Positions 29,545 through 39,502 of a stretch of DNA of 64,000 nucleotides are shown here, piece by piece. How positions within the stretch are numbered: the stretch's first letter is position 1; each line of letters begins with the position of its first letter. The notes below the pieces were generated by a model, which did not search any database, was not told the origin of the DNA, and worked only from the letters and a program-made list of their open reading frames with translations. Both the position numbers and the translations under genes were made by a program. This DNA is from a virus. Taxonomy: Duplodnaviria; Caudoviricetes. The stretch is from positions 128,001-192,000 of IMG/VR virus record IMGVR_UViG_3300011560_000001. One strand, given 5' to 3'.

Positions 29545-30342
29545 ATGAGCGATATGTACGCCCGCACGCTAGGTGATTATCCTTTATCGGTGGGGACGTC
29601 AGCAACATTATCAGCAGTGCAGCACCAGCCAGAAACACCGATGGATTGGTTGTTCAACCTGCGTACTTTAGCGCGCAATTTTGTTGAAAGCTTTGAAGAC
29701 GTCGAGCAACATAAATTACCATTATCGATGATAACGGGGGATTTTCAAAACGAGTTGATGCAGCTGAGACAGTTGGTGAATGAACTCGTTCCCCATATTC
29801 GTTTGCGGATATATGCGCCAACCTATGCGTCAATAAAGCGTGTTTATCCGCACGCTATACACAAGGAGCCACACACCGAAAAACAAAAAGGACTCGCTAC
29901 ACTTTATCGTGGGTTGATGGCGTCTGTAGATCGACTCCCTAATATCGAATCGATGGATTGTAAATTACCCACGATAACCAAAACATCGTATATCACCACG
30001 CACTATGTTTCTGACTTGTTGGCAAGAACCGGTTTTGGTGAACTTATTTTGGTAGAGAGTCATACCGGAACTTTGAAACGAAAACATCAGTGGTCAACCA
30101 AACTTACTGGTGGGGATCGTCCAGAGGTTGCGAACCTCCCATTTACAAAGATGACATTGGGAACGTTCGGTGACCAAGCCGTACAGTTTAACAGCGGACC
30201 GGTGAAAATAAAAAGGATGCTGTTAGATCTTGCGAAACAGAGTCAGTGGAATCCGTTAACAACGGAAGACCGTACACGCTTTGGTGTCAACCAGTTACGC
30301 GACCCCTTCGCAAAACGTTTTCTGTTGGACATGTTCCGCTGA
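29545..30342 (+). CDS. Conserved chimallivirus protein (phiKZ gp66-like)
   Basis: Contains PLSVGTS, NLRTLARN and LVESHTG; lies between sbcD and chmC. Confidence 0.65.
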   Translation: MSDMYARTLGDYPLSVGTSATLSAVQHQPETPMDWLFNLRTLARNFVESFEDVEQHKLPLSMITGDFQNELMQLRQLVNELVPHIRLRIYAPTYASIKRVYPHAIHKEPHTEKQKGLATLYRGLMASVDRLPNIESMDCKLPTITKTSYITTHYVSDLLARTGFGELILVESHTGTLKRKHQWSTKLTGGDRPEVANLPFTKMTLGTFGDQAVQFNSGPVKIKRMLLDLAKQSQWNPLTTEDRTRFGVNQLRDPFAKRFLLDMFR

Positions 30343-30415
30343 GGCTGTAATTTTTAACTAATATTAACTATCATCTGAACCAGAAATTGATTCACACTAC
30401 GTAACGAGGCTGAAA

Positions 30416-31204
30416 ATGAGCAATTGGAATTCGGGCAGTAAACCACAAGGAAACATTATTCCTACGGCTTACGACGACAACAACTGGAAACTGTGGGCGG
30501 ACGAAAAAGTTGAGGGCGGTAATTCAGTCCCCTCACTGAAAATTAGCGTTGCTAAGAATCAACCGCGTATCACGGTTTATACAGGTCGTAAAGACCAGCA
30601 GGGTCGCGCTGAAAGCATTTGGGCGCGCATGAGTTCATACGCGTTCTATAACCTGCTTGCGATCCTCGAGCAGGTTGCTAAGGGTAAACCAGGTCAACGC
30701 TTTGCGATGAAGAACGAAAAGGTTATTGATGATCGCAATAACCCAGGTAAGAAGAAACAGATTACCGAAAGTACAACGTGGGTTGGTAAGAATGATGATG
30801 GTTCGGTATACATCGCTGTAACAGCATACCAGAAACCAAACATCCAGTTCGTATTCAAACCACCACGTTTCCACTCTCTGGTTGATGAGTCTGGGCAACC
30901 TTTGCAGATCGGGGTTGTTTCTCCGCTTTGTGCATTGGAATTCGTACGCATCCATCGTGCGGTGTTGCCAAGCATCCTCGCAACCAATTTCGATGGTGAG
31001 AGCCGTAGCGTAAACAATGGCAACAACAGCTATAATCGCAACAATAATAACGGCGGCGGTAACCGTAATGCTGGTAACGGCCAGCACAACGGTAACTCTA
31101 ACGCATCACGTTCGGCCCCAGCTGCCCCTGATACCCGTTGGGATGCACCAAGCGCAAATGACGACGATGATCCGTCTGTAGCCTTTGATGGCTTAGCGTT
31201 CTAA
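30416..31204 (+). CDS. chmC: Probable ChmC, nucleus-associated RNA-binding protein (phiKZ gp67-like)
   Basis: Folded N-terminal domain, an Asn/Gly-rich disordered tail (NNGNNSYNRNNNNGGGNRN) and an acidic end. It lies immediately upstream of the gp68-like nvRNAP subunit. Confidence 0.72.
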   Translation: MSNWNSGSKPQGNIIPTAYDDNNWKLWADEKVEGGNSVPSLKISVAKNQPRITVYTGRKDQQGRAESIWARMSSYAFYNLLAILEQVAKGKPGQRFAMKNEKVIDDRNNPGKKKQITESTTWVGKNDDGSVYIAVTAYQKPNIQFVFKPPRFHSLVDESGQPLQIGVVSPLCALEFVRIHRAVLPSILATNFDGESRSVNNGNNSYNRNNNNGGGNRNAGNGQHNGNSNASRSAPAAPDTRWDAPSANDDDDPSVAFDGLAF

Positions 31205-31334
31205 TAATGCTTCAGCTTCGCATTCTGAATCGAAGACTCAGAAGGTAACGCGAATACTTTCCGTTAGTGCAAGGTGTCTCGCTTCGGCGGGATGCCTTGC
31301 ATGCTGAGCGATAACTCAGCCGGAATCCAAAATT

Positions 31335-31359
31335 ATTCACGCTTATATTACCTCTATGA
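31335..31359 (+). promoter_or_regulatory. Early promoter (TATATTAC motif)
   Basis: ATTCACGCTTATATTACCTCTATGA; core at 31344-31351. Confidence 0.7.
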
Positions 31360-31446
31360 ACAAAGTCATAGAGGCGACATAAATGTTACCTTTGTGGTAG
31401 ACGTCACAGAAGACGTTTCAACAGGGAACCGCGAAAAGAGGTTGTT

Positions 31447-33033
31447 ATGCACATTGTGCCCGTCATTACGACGCAAGGCAAAGAAAAGCTGGATCACTAT
31501 CTCATCAAACATCGTGACGGACGTGCCGTGGAATTTTCAGGCCAAGGCTACATCAAGATTGATGGGGATATGGCTAGCAATCAGATGCGAGAGATTAATA
31601 AGTATCTCGCTTGGATAGAACAAAAGAACCCACGTCGAATCGACGACATCTTCGAAGGGTTCGTTAAAGCACGTGAAGCGATGGATAACTACATTGCTCC
31701 ACAGCAACAAATGGAGGAGTTGAGCCGCGCCGTTGGTGAAATTTACAAACCGATCGTCTATGAAGAGATTCTGGCGTTGTGTAATACCCCAGGTTGGGTA
31801 AAATTACCGCCAGACATGAAAACAACATTAGGTGAGGATGACATACCTGAGAAAACCTATTTACGAAACGATTACGTTGAGTTAACGGCGTTAGCGATCT
31901 ACGTCCGTCTGATGGTGCCGATTTGGGCGGAGTTTCTGATTGATGCAGGGAAAACGTACGGGACGGTACGTAAAGAAGAAGTGGCTATGTCGTTGATGTA
32001 TAAAACACGCATTCATGATATCGCTGCTTACGACCGACTGGAAGATTATATCCGCGCACAGACGGGTGATAAAAAGATCACGCTGTCGATGACCGTAGAT
32101 TACATGTCGACAGAGAAAGTACCCGGTTGGTTGCGTTCACAAGCCATCGTTCGCCGTCTCGCAGTACGCGATTTGGACCAAGCCGTACAGCCTGTCGTTA
32201 AAGATGGGGTGTTGGTGAGTTGTACGCACCTGGTAACGTTGATCTTTAGCTATGTGAATAACCTTTGTACGGAACGACGTTTCAGCGGACCGATTCGCGA
32301 GAAAACGCCGCGAGGGAATGCGCAAGATGAAGACAGTCAAGGCGTGATTGATGCGTTGATGGTGAAAGATAAACGTTCACCACGCGTACTCATTCTTGAC
32401 ATCGCGTATCTTACCCAGATGGAACGGGTTCTGCATGACGTCGACGAAACAGCACCTTACGGTAAAGTTGAAGACATGTATGCGCGTATCGCAAAACGAT
32501 ACGACGGATACACCTACGCTAAACATGATGACAGCGTTGAGTTAAAACCAATCAACCGCGGATGCCGAGCATTGGCACAATGGTTGCTTGATAGTCATCT
32601 TCCAGCGAGAAGTCTATCACCGATTGAAGCCGTACATCAGGCAAAAGCGTTAGCAATCGCAGCGTGCTTATTAGACCATTGGGGTTTTCCTCAACTGGCT
32701 GCGCTGACCGTAGGTATCCAGGTTAAACGCGACGACGTTTACCAGATTATCCATCAGTTAAAACCACAGGAGGTCATTACCGTCAATAAATTGTATCCGC
32801 ATGCCATGTATGAAGATGAACGTACAACTTTACCGGTTGTCGGTATTAACATGGTGGCTGATGCGTTTTGTGAATGGGATTGGGATGTTTCCGCAGCAGG
32901 TCCGGAAATCCTTGAGAAAGTCCCAGCTGATCGTAAAGGATTGATGCTTTGTCCAGCAGATATCCGTCAGCAGCTTGTGCAATTAGTTGTTCGATTAAAT
33001 GAACACGTAGTAAATTTAAGAGGAAAAAAATAA
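31447..33033 (+). CDS. nvRNAP promoter-specificity subunit (phiKZ gp68-like)
   Basis: 528 aa; contains EKTYLRNDYVEL...LMVPIWAEF; synteny with chmC and picA. Confidence 0.72.
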   Translation: MHIVPVITTQGKEKLDHYLIKHRDGRAVEFSGQGYIKIDGDMASNQMREINKYLAWIEQKNPRRIDDIFEGFVKAREAMDNYIAPQQQMEELSRAVGEIYKPIVYEEILALCNTPGWVKLPPDMKTTLGEDDIPEKTYLRNDYVELTALAIYVRLMVPIWAEFLIDAGKTYGTVRKEEVAMSLMYKTRIHDIAAYDRLEDYIRAQTGDKKITLSMTVDYMSTEKVPGWLRSQAIVRRLAVRDLDQAVQPVVKDGVLVSCTHLVTLIFSYVNNLCTERRFSGPIREKTPRGNAQDEDSQGVIDALMVKDKRSPRVLILDIAYLTQMERVLHDVDETAPYGKVEDMYARIAKRYDGYTYAKHDDSVELKPINRGCRALAQWLLDSHLPARSLSPIEAVHQAKALAIAACLLDHWGFPQLAALTVGIQVKRDDVYQIIHQLKPQEVITVNKLYPHAMYEDERTTLPVVGINMVADAFCEWDWDVSAAGPEILEKVPADRKGLMLCPADIRQQLVQLVVRLNEHVVNLRGKK

Positions 33034-33034
33034 A

Positions 33035-34621
33035 ATGATCCCGATGAATGTTCGTGAAATACTGATGGTTGAAACTGCGCCGTATAACAATGTACAACGT
33101 CGTCCGCTGCGATTCCATGCAGATAGCATGCGTAGCATCGAAGACTTTATTAATACGACGAAGTTCGGTACGGCAACAACCCCATCAGCAATCAATAAGC
33201 TTGCAACCGGTTTGTTACAGCAGTCTGCAGAACCTGAGGGGGTTTCGGAGATTGCGAATGGTTGGGGTACACGTCGTTTCCATTTCATGATGGCTGTGGA
33301 AGAATCCTTGGCTCTTGCACCAGGAACCAAGCGTGTCCATTACATTTCTGGATACACCGACCATTCGGTAAGCCTCGATGCGTTTACAACGCGTGCTATC
33401 GATCTACCGAACGAACTGGTGTTCTTCTTCACGAATGTAATCCAGGTAACCGAAACAACCACAACGGATATGTTCGGTAAGCAAATCGTTCGCGCGACCC
33501 CGATGGACGCAACGAACCTTTTGACTGGCGCATACGACCCTGTTAATCGTGATGTTCAGTTCAGTACTCGTGTTCAGGATACGCTGACTTATGCGTCGAC
33601 TGCACGTTGGGTAGGAAATGGTGGTTTTGATAACCAGTTCATGGACCCAGCCATGCAGAACGTAATGCAACAGTTCGATCCTGCCTACGCTGATGTGGTT
33701 CATCGCACTTCCTATCAATCGCAACCGGAACCGGTTTTTCGTGGTGTGGAAGCAGCAATGTGTTTCGCAACGGAGAAAATCAAACCAGCTAGTGCTGATA
33801 CGAACATCCCAACCATCTATCTAAGAAAAGCCTTCGATAACGTCGGGGCTATTCGTCAGACGTACGAAAGCGGGTCTCATCCAGGTAGCGCAGAGAATGA
33901 GGATATTTACGTAGAAGCAGCTCAAGCTGTTCGTGAAGAACCGTTGGTTGCGCATCCGGTATTCGGTGCGATTATGCGTGATGAGGGATTCGCCTTCAGC
34001 GGTAGCCTGAGTTGGGCTGATATGAAACGGATGTTCGGCGAGCACGTCCGTGACGTCTTAAGACTGTTCCCGTACGTGGAAGCTCGTCGCGGTACATCGG
34101 CAACCACCGAGTTTGGTTGGATGCCGACCGATAGCCAGAGCTGGGACGTTATCGATTATCCAACGCTGTATTGTTCATCACTTGCTGCGATGATGCCCGC
34201 TGCGATGACGTATCGCATGTTGGAGTCGTTCCGTTTCATCGCTGATAACCACGGCCATCCAGAACTAGGCATCATGCCTGGGCAGTGGGCGGTTGCGGTT
34301 ACTGACGCTGTACCGTTCATTAAAGGGTATGATTGTAACCGCGCTGCTGAACAGATGCGTTCCGACATGATTACCAATATCCTGCCCTCCATGTTGAGTA
34401 ACAACCCGAACGCGGTTATGGTGAGTGGTGCAATCAACCTGTTCCTGGACAGCCAGTTCAAGATCAGCGTTGACGGCTCTTCACCGATTCCGTACACCAT
34501 GCCGAACATCAACCCATCTGCATACAGCCCGCTGCTCAACCGTAGCCAGCAGGAGGTTTACAAGCTGAGTGTTGATTTGTTTAACCTGGTGGATGCGGTA
34601 ACTACCAAAGGCAACTTCTAA
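33035..34621 (+). CDS. picA: Probable nuclear protein importer PicA/Imp1 (phiKZ gp69-like)
   Basis: 528 aa; contains ETAPYNNVQRRP, IANGWGTRRFHF and GYTDH; directly follows the gp68-like gene. Confidence 0.68.
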   Translation: MIPMNVREILMVETAPYNNVQRRPLRFHADSMRSIEDFINTTKFGTATTPSAINKLATGLLQQSAEPEGVSEIANGWGTRRFHFMMAVEESLALAPGTKRVHYISGYTDHSVSLDAFTTRAIDLPNELVFFFTNVIQVTETTTTDMFGKQIVRATPMDATNLLTGAYDPVNRDVQFSTRVQDTLTYASTARWVGNGGFDNQFMDPAMQNVMQQFDPAYADVVHRTSYQSQPEPVFRGVEAAMCFATEKIKPASADTNIPTIYLRKAFDNVGAIRQTYESGSHPGSAENEDIYVEAAQAVREEPLVAHPVFGAIMRDEGFAFSGSLSWADMKRMFGEHVRDVLRLFPYVEARRGTSATTEFGWMPTDSQSWDVIDYPTLYCSSLAAMMPAAMTYRMLESFRFIADNHGHPELGIMPGQWAVAVTDAVPFIKGYDCNRAAEQMRSDMITNILPSMLSNNPNAVMVSGAINLFLDSQFKISVDGSSPIPYTMPNINPSAYSPLLNRSQQEVYKLSVDLFNLVDAVTTKGNF

Positions 34622-34676
34622 TCCATAGGTCCCCTGTTGTGGGGGACCGTTGACGTAAAAGAAAAGGAAACGTAAT

Positions 34677-35957
34677 ATGTCGAAGCTTATTGAAGCTTAT
34701 CGCAAAGCGCTGCAAAGCGTTAACTATTTTGAGAATGACGCCCACGAATTAGAATATCGTTTTACAGATGGTGATGGTAAAGTTGTTGCAGTTGCCGCTA
34801 CCGTGGAAAGCATGCCGTTGCTGATGCCGGTTCCCGAAGTTCGTACCGGAAATCAACTTGCCGAACGTGTACTGTTCCATCCGCTAAGTGAAGACGTGAT
34901 GAATGGTGAATCGGAAGTACTTCAGTTCCTGCGTCGTGCAATGGTTGTTCGTTTTAACGCCACGCTGTGCTCCATGCTGATTTGGATGGTTGAAACCGCA
35001 ATCAATCCTAAAGAAGCAAAACGTTTCGGACCGAAGCAAAAAGAGTTCTTCAATATCCTTGCGGATGCCAGCGATAAAACGCTAACGACGTTAGGTAAAC
35101 TGGTCACCGTTTGGTTGAAACGTGACACACCGTATACGTTGTCTAAAATTTATCTTCGTCGTACCGGCGCAACCTACATGGGTAAGAAGATGACCCGCGT
35201 TGCGGTAGTTACTTTCCCGTTCATGGAAGAGGAACACATCAGCACGAAAGATAAGAAAACGTACTGGTGTGGTGTTGAGATTTCCAAGAAAGATCTTAAC
35301 ATGCTGAGAAACCTGGTTGAGTACGTTATCCCACACTCTGGTGAAGTAAGTGAAACGTATAATGCCGGGTCAAGCGATCCTCATGCTCCGTATTTCGATT
35401 GTCTTATCCACAGCTTCGCGAAGCTGATGGAACCGCTGAACAATCTCATCAAACTGTTTGGTGATAAGTACGACGGTAAAGAGAACGGTTATTGCGACGT
35501 TACCTGGGTCGAGGATTTTGAGCCGATTACCCAACATCGTGGTCAGATTCCACCAGCGAAATACAACATGGGTGTAACGCTGAACAGTCGACCACAGCCG
35601 ACGGTTAAGCCAAATCCATCAGCAGCTGCACATGAAGGCATGCAACCGCGTCCGGCTGCAACGAGTAACGTGATCGATAACCTGTTAGGTAAAACCGCAC
35701 CTGTTCAACCTAATCAATGGGAAAGCGGCGGTAATCAACCGGCGGGTAATAGCACGTTCGATGCGTTGATGAACCGTGTTGCAGAACGTAACGGTACGAT
35801 GTTCAATAATTCCGCTTGGCCTGGTATGGGTATGCAGCCTGTTGGGTGGGGGATGCCGCAAGCACCGCAGTCACCAAACGGTTTACGTCGTCGGGCTGAG
35901 ATGGAACGTAACAACATCCTGAGCGCATGGACAGGACGTACCGTAAATCGTTTCTGA
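34677..35957 (+). CDS. Conserved chimallivirus protein (phiKZ gp70-like)
   Basis: Contains FHPLSEDVMNGESEV and APYF, plus a P/Q/N/G-rich disordered C-terminus; assignment supported by synteny. Confidence 0.68.
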   Translation: MSKLIEAYRKALQSVNYFENDAHELEYRFTDGDGKVVAVAATVESMPLLMPVPEVRTGNQLAERVLFHPLSEDVMNGESEVLQFLRRAMVVRFNATLCSMLIWMVETAINPKEAKRFGPKQKEFFNILADASDKTLTTLGKLVTVWLKRDTPYTLSKIYLRRTGATYMGKKMTRVAVVTFPFMEEEHISTKDKKTYWCGVEISKKDLNMLRNLVEYVIPHSGEVSETYNAGSSDPHAPYFDCLIHSFAKLMEPLNNLIKLFGDKYDGKENGYCDVTWVEDFEPITQHRGQIPPAKYNMGVTLNSRPQPTVKPNPSAAAHEGMQPRPAATSNVIDNLLGKTAPVQPNQWESGGNQPAGNSTFDALMNRVAERNGTMFNNSAWPGMGMQPVGWGMPQAPQSPNGLRRRAEMERNNILSAWTGRTVNRF

Positions 35958-35977
35958 TGTGCTAAGCCAACGAACGA

Positions 35978-36022
35978 CGGCATAAATGCCCTCCCTACGC
36001 TTTACGCTGTGGGAGGGTTATC
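35978..36022 (-). terminator. Hairpin between convergent genes + TTTATGCCG on the minus strand
   Basis: CGGCATAAAT-GCCCTCCCTACGC...GCTGTGGGAGGGT. Confidence 0.6.
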
Positions 36023-36376
36023 TTAAGCGCTGTAATGGATTGTGCGGTACTGCTGTTTTAATGTGTTGATTGCGCTTGTATCGACAATCTTCATGGTTAG
36101 AACATCGGCTGTGTATTCCGTAGGGTCGCGATAACCATTGAGTCTCATGGTGATCCAGTGCATTGATTCACTGCCCTCGCCAAGCAGAACACGGCACAAT
36201 CCATAAAAGTTACCATCGAATTCGTAGGCGCGTTCGGGTGGTATGTCTATCGTAGAGACCAGTCCGGCATTTTTGAAATATTCCAGATGCATCTCAACAA
36301 CGTTCCTGAAATCAAGATCGTGGATGAGGTCATCGGGGTTTGTCTTAAGAAAGTCGTTCAGGGGCGTGTTAGACAT
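36023..36376 (-). CDS. Conserved small chimallivirus protein
   Basis: Likely start MSNTPL (GAGG RBS); contains FDGNFYGL...HWITMRLNGY. Confidence 0.65.
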   Translation of the reverse strand: MSNTPLNDFLKTNPDDLIHDLDFRNVVEMHLEYFKNAGLVSTIDIPPERAYEFDGNFYGLCRVLLGEGSESMHWITMRLNGYRDPTEYTADVLTMKIVDTSAINTLKQQYRTIHYSA

Positions 36377-36407
36377 GACGTACCTCAATTCGATAATAGG
36401 AAGTCCT

Positions 36408-38576
36408 ATGCATTATAAAGAAAAACCTCTTTATGAATCTGTGAAGCAGGCAATCGCTGAAGGTAAAATCATTCCCATTAAACAGGAGTATACTGGCGTA
36501 GGGACTGGACTTAACGGGCTATTGCATTATAACTCAGCACAGCGCGCTGCGATGTTTGGTGGACATCTTAGCCAAGCGTTGGTTATCAAAGATGCGAAAC
36601 CGTCCCGACTAACGACGGGGATTGAATACCAGTACGGACAGAACACTTGGTCAGTAGAGTTTCCAGTTGAATCTCGCATCATAGATATCATTCCGCGGTT
36701 TCAACCAGGACATACAGCAAACAGCATCAAAACAAACACGATGCATTACGTGCTGTATGAAAACCAAGAGGATGGTAACCGTCACGAGTTACGCTTGCTT
36801 GAAGTGCCTGAGCATCACATCATGCATCAGCAGTATGGTTTCCGTTTTCGACCAACCAACTTGTTCCATTCCCTTCGTCGCGGTCAGATCGTGCCGCGGT
36901 ATTCTCGTTTGATGGAAAGCCCAGCGATCAATCAAGAAACACGTGAGTGGGGTTACGGTCGTGATTGCAAGGTGTGTTTCGGTAGCTTCTACCAGTGTAT
37001 TGAAGATGGTGGCGTTGCCCGTCGTGGTGTATTGAAGCATTTCACCAGTACCGGTATTGAGAAGCGAACAATTACATCAGGTAAGTCGCGATACCCAATC
37101 AATCTCTACGGTGATGACGAGGTATATCAAGCAATACCCGAGAACGGTGAGCGTATTCGTAAGGATGGGTTACTCGCAGCAACACGCGAAATCGATCCTA
37201 TCCTTAGCGTTGTTGACATGATGACGTGTAATCTTCAGCGTGTGGATTATGTTTACGATGACCTCACTTACGCTGAACCGAATGCGCGTGTAACGGATAT
37301 CGATGTTGTCAGCGACCGGCATCGTCGTTCTGGACGTCAAGCCCGCGAGCGTGCGATTATGATGGAAGAGAAGATGCGTCCTCCGTATCGTCAATTCCTG
37401 AAATATGAGAACGCGATCGGTTTGCTTTACACCCGAATTCAGGATGCTGTTCGTAAGTACGAACGTGAACGCGTTGGTACGCCGATACGTCATCATCAAA
37501 CGGTGATGTGGTGGTTGAACCTGGCCGATGCTGAACACGGTATTGATATCCGCAATCCGAACGGACAGCTACGTCATGTGTTGCCGACCCGCGATTACCG
37601 TAAAGAGAATCTTGATGATTGGCGTGTGACCATCACGTACACGTACGATGTTGTTCCGGGTATCGGGTTTAAATTCACCGGTATGGCAGGCGATAAATTC
37701 GTCGTAACCGACATCATGGAAGACGATGAAATGCCGGTTGACCAATGGGGTAACGTTGCGGACTTTATGTTTGACGATAGCACGGTAATCAAAAGGATGA
37801 GTTTAAGTCGTGTTAATGCGCCATACATCAACGGTGTTGGTGACCAGATCATGCGTGAACTGAAACCGGTGATGGATGCAGGCGATCTGGAGACCGCTTG
37901 GAACACACTGATGCGCTACTACTATATCGTCAGTCCTGAGTTCGTGGAACAGGTTGTTGAAAAATACTGTATCACGAATGAGGATAAATGGGATCATTTA
38001 CGGTACGTACAGCGTCACGGTACGGAAGTTTATATCCCGACGGACAGTATCGCAGCAGGTTCAGAACGTATGGAGAATCTGATTCGTGAGTTCCCGTTGA
38101 AGAAAGGTCCTGTACGGTACCGCGGGCGTTCTGGACAGTGGCGGACAACCAAGAACGATATTGCGATCGGTGACACGTACATCATGATGTTGGAGAAGAC
38201 GGCGAACGATTGGTCGGCTGTGGGTATTCCTAAACTGCAAGCGCACGGATTACCGTCGAAACTCAGTAATAGCGATAAGTACAGTTCTCCTGGTAAAGAG
38301 CAACCAACTCGTTACTGCGGCGAATCCGAACATCGCGAAGTTACCGCCTTTGCTGGCGGATGGTTTGCGAGCGTCTTTATGGATTATGCGAACAATCCAA
38401 AACAGGTGGATAGCATCACTGAAAGCATCTATGCGACCGATAAGCCGTCAGCGATTCCTATCGCAACCAACTTCGAGAAGTATCCCATTGGCGGTAACCG
38501 TGCGTTGAGGATTCTGTATCATCAACTGAATGTTGCTGGTGGACAAATCATCGACGCGGACGACTGCGAAAGCTAA
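36408..38576 (+). CDS. nvRNAP beta C-terminal subunit (phiKZ gp71-73-like), uninterrupted
   Basis: Beta motifs HYNSAQRAAM, IEDG, GFKFTGMAGDK, KRM and RYCGESE. The start was moved to ATG 36408 (AGGAAG RBS). Confidence 0.9.
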   Translation: MHYKEKPLYESVKQAIAEGKIIPIKQEYTGVGTGLNGLLHYNSAQRAAMFGGHLSQALVIKDAKPSRLTTGIEYQYGQNTWSVEFPVESRIIDIIPRFQPGHTANSIKTNTMHYVLYENQEDGNRHELRLLEVPEHHIMHQQYGFRFRPTNLFHSLRRGQIVPRYSRLMESPAINQETREWGYGRDCKVCFGSFYQCIEDGGVARRGVLKHFTSTGIEKRTITSGKSRYPINLYGDDEVYQAIPENGERIRKDGLLAATREIDPILSVVDMMTCNLQRVDYVYDDLTYAEPNARVTDIDVVSDRHRRSGRQARERAIMMEEKMRPPYRQFLKYENAIGLLYTRIQDAVRKYERERVGTPIRHHQTVMWWLNLADAEHGIDIRNPNGQLRHVLPTRDYRKENLDDWRVTITYTYDVVPGIGFKFTGMAGDKFVVTDIMEDDEMPVDQWGNVADFMFDDSTVIKRMSLSRVNAPYINGVGDQIMRELKPVMDAGDLETAWNTLMRYYYIVSPEFVEQVVEKYCITNEDKWDHLRYVQRHGTEVYIPTDSIAAGSERMENLIREFPLKKGPVRYRGRSGQWRTTKNDIAIGDTYIMMLEKTANDWSAVGIPKLQAHGLPSKLSNSDKYSSPGKEQPTRYCGESEHREVTAFAGGWFASVFMDYANNPKQVDSITESIYATDKPSAIPIATNFEKYPIGGNRALRILYHQLNVAGGQIIDADDCES

Positions 38577-38587
38577 CGAGGTAAACG

Positions 38588-39001
38588 ATGGACCATTACG
38601 ACAGCGTGATCGCGATGATAACACCCCATTTAATTCGCCCAACCACCAACAGTGAATCAACAACCTCAGGCGAGGAACAAACGCTTGATGGCACCTATCG
38701 AGAGTGGCGCGAAGCGGAGGGTTTGACGCGTTCTGCGAACATCGATGCGGTCTATGATGCATTCTCCGATGTTCGCGATAGTAAAGGTGAGTTGATGCGT
38801 GTCAGTTCTATCGGCCGAAAGGAACTCGGCAATGACGACATGTACAATTTACAGATTTGTGAAGAAGTGGCAGAGAAAACAGCAAAAGGGATGATGGTGT
38901 TGGATCTGTTCGGAGAACAAGGACGTATCGAATTACAAAACTCGTTAACACGATGTGTCCTTCAGACACTATTTGAATATAAGAACCGTACACCTTTCTG
39001 A
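38588..39001 (+). CDS. Hypothetical protein (paralogue of 39503..39868)
   Basis: 137 aa with GAGG RBS; contains VAEKTAKGMMVLDLFGEQG. Confidence 0.68.
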   Translation: MDHYDSVIAMITPHLIRPTTNSESTTSGEEQTLDGTYREWREAEGLTRSANIDAVYDAFSDVRDSKGELMRVSSIGRKELGNDDMYNLQICEEVAEKTAKGMMVLDLFGEQGRIELQNSLTRCVLQTLFEYKNRTPF

Positions 39002-39121
39002 TGTATATTACGCCTCCTCCTGCCTATGTGGTGGGAGGAGGATGTTTATGCTGATTAAAAGGGACGGTTTATTTTAACTGCTTAACACTAGAATGTGAAG
39101 ACTTAAAAAAGGATCCCTGGT

Positions 39122-39469
39122 ATGAGTGATAAAGAAAATCGTTCCGTAGCGGTGAACTACGTAAATAATTTAATCTTGCAAGAACTTGCCCGTGATGCAG
39201 TAAAAGCAACGAATAAGCTAGGTTTTATCAATCATCATGGACACATCATCGACATTAAAAATCCTGACTGCCAGATCGTCGACATACGCAGCCAGGTCGA
39301 ACAAGTAGCTAACGTTATGGTTAAAGCCGAATACTGGCTAGAAACCATGAAAGAGCATGTTATCCAACCCCAACAATTAGATATCGACGTTGATGAAATT
39401 ATTGAACAAGTTGAAGAATCGTTCAATGAACTCGTCAACCATCGTATCGAAAAAGTTTTAAAGTTTTAA
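39122..39469 (+). CDS. Hypothetical protein
   Basis: 115 aa; LILQELAR is shared with the next gene. Confidence 0.68.
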   Translation: MSDKENRSVAVNYVNNLILQELARDAVKATNKLGFINHHGHIIDIKNPDCQIVDIRSQVEQVANVMVKAEYWLETMKEHVIQPQQLDIDVDEIIEQVEESFNELVNHRIEKVLKF

Positions 39470-39502
39470 ACGATTGCTAACATTCACCTGAGGAAAAACA
39501 TA

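Noticed and set aside
31000-31105. AAC/AAT-rich microsatellite-like tract
   Set aside because: It encodes the Asn/Gly-rich disordered tail of the ChmC-like protein.
36243-36407. N-terminal extension of the nvRNAP beta ORF
   Set aside because: It is antisense overlap with the minus-strand gene. An RBS supports ATG 36408.
36408-38576. Intron or intein in the nvRNAP beta gene (split in phiKZ), terminase or DNA polymerase
   Set aside because: These ORFs are continuous, and I saw no Hint or group I motifs.
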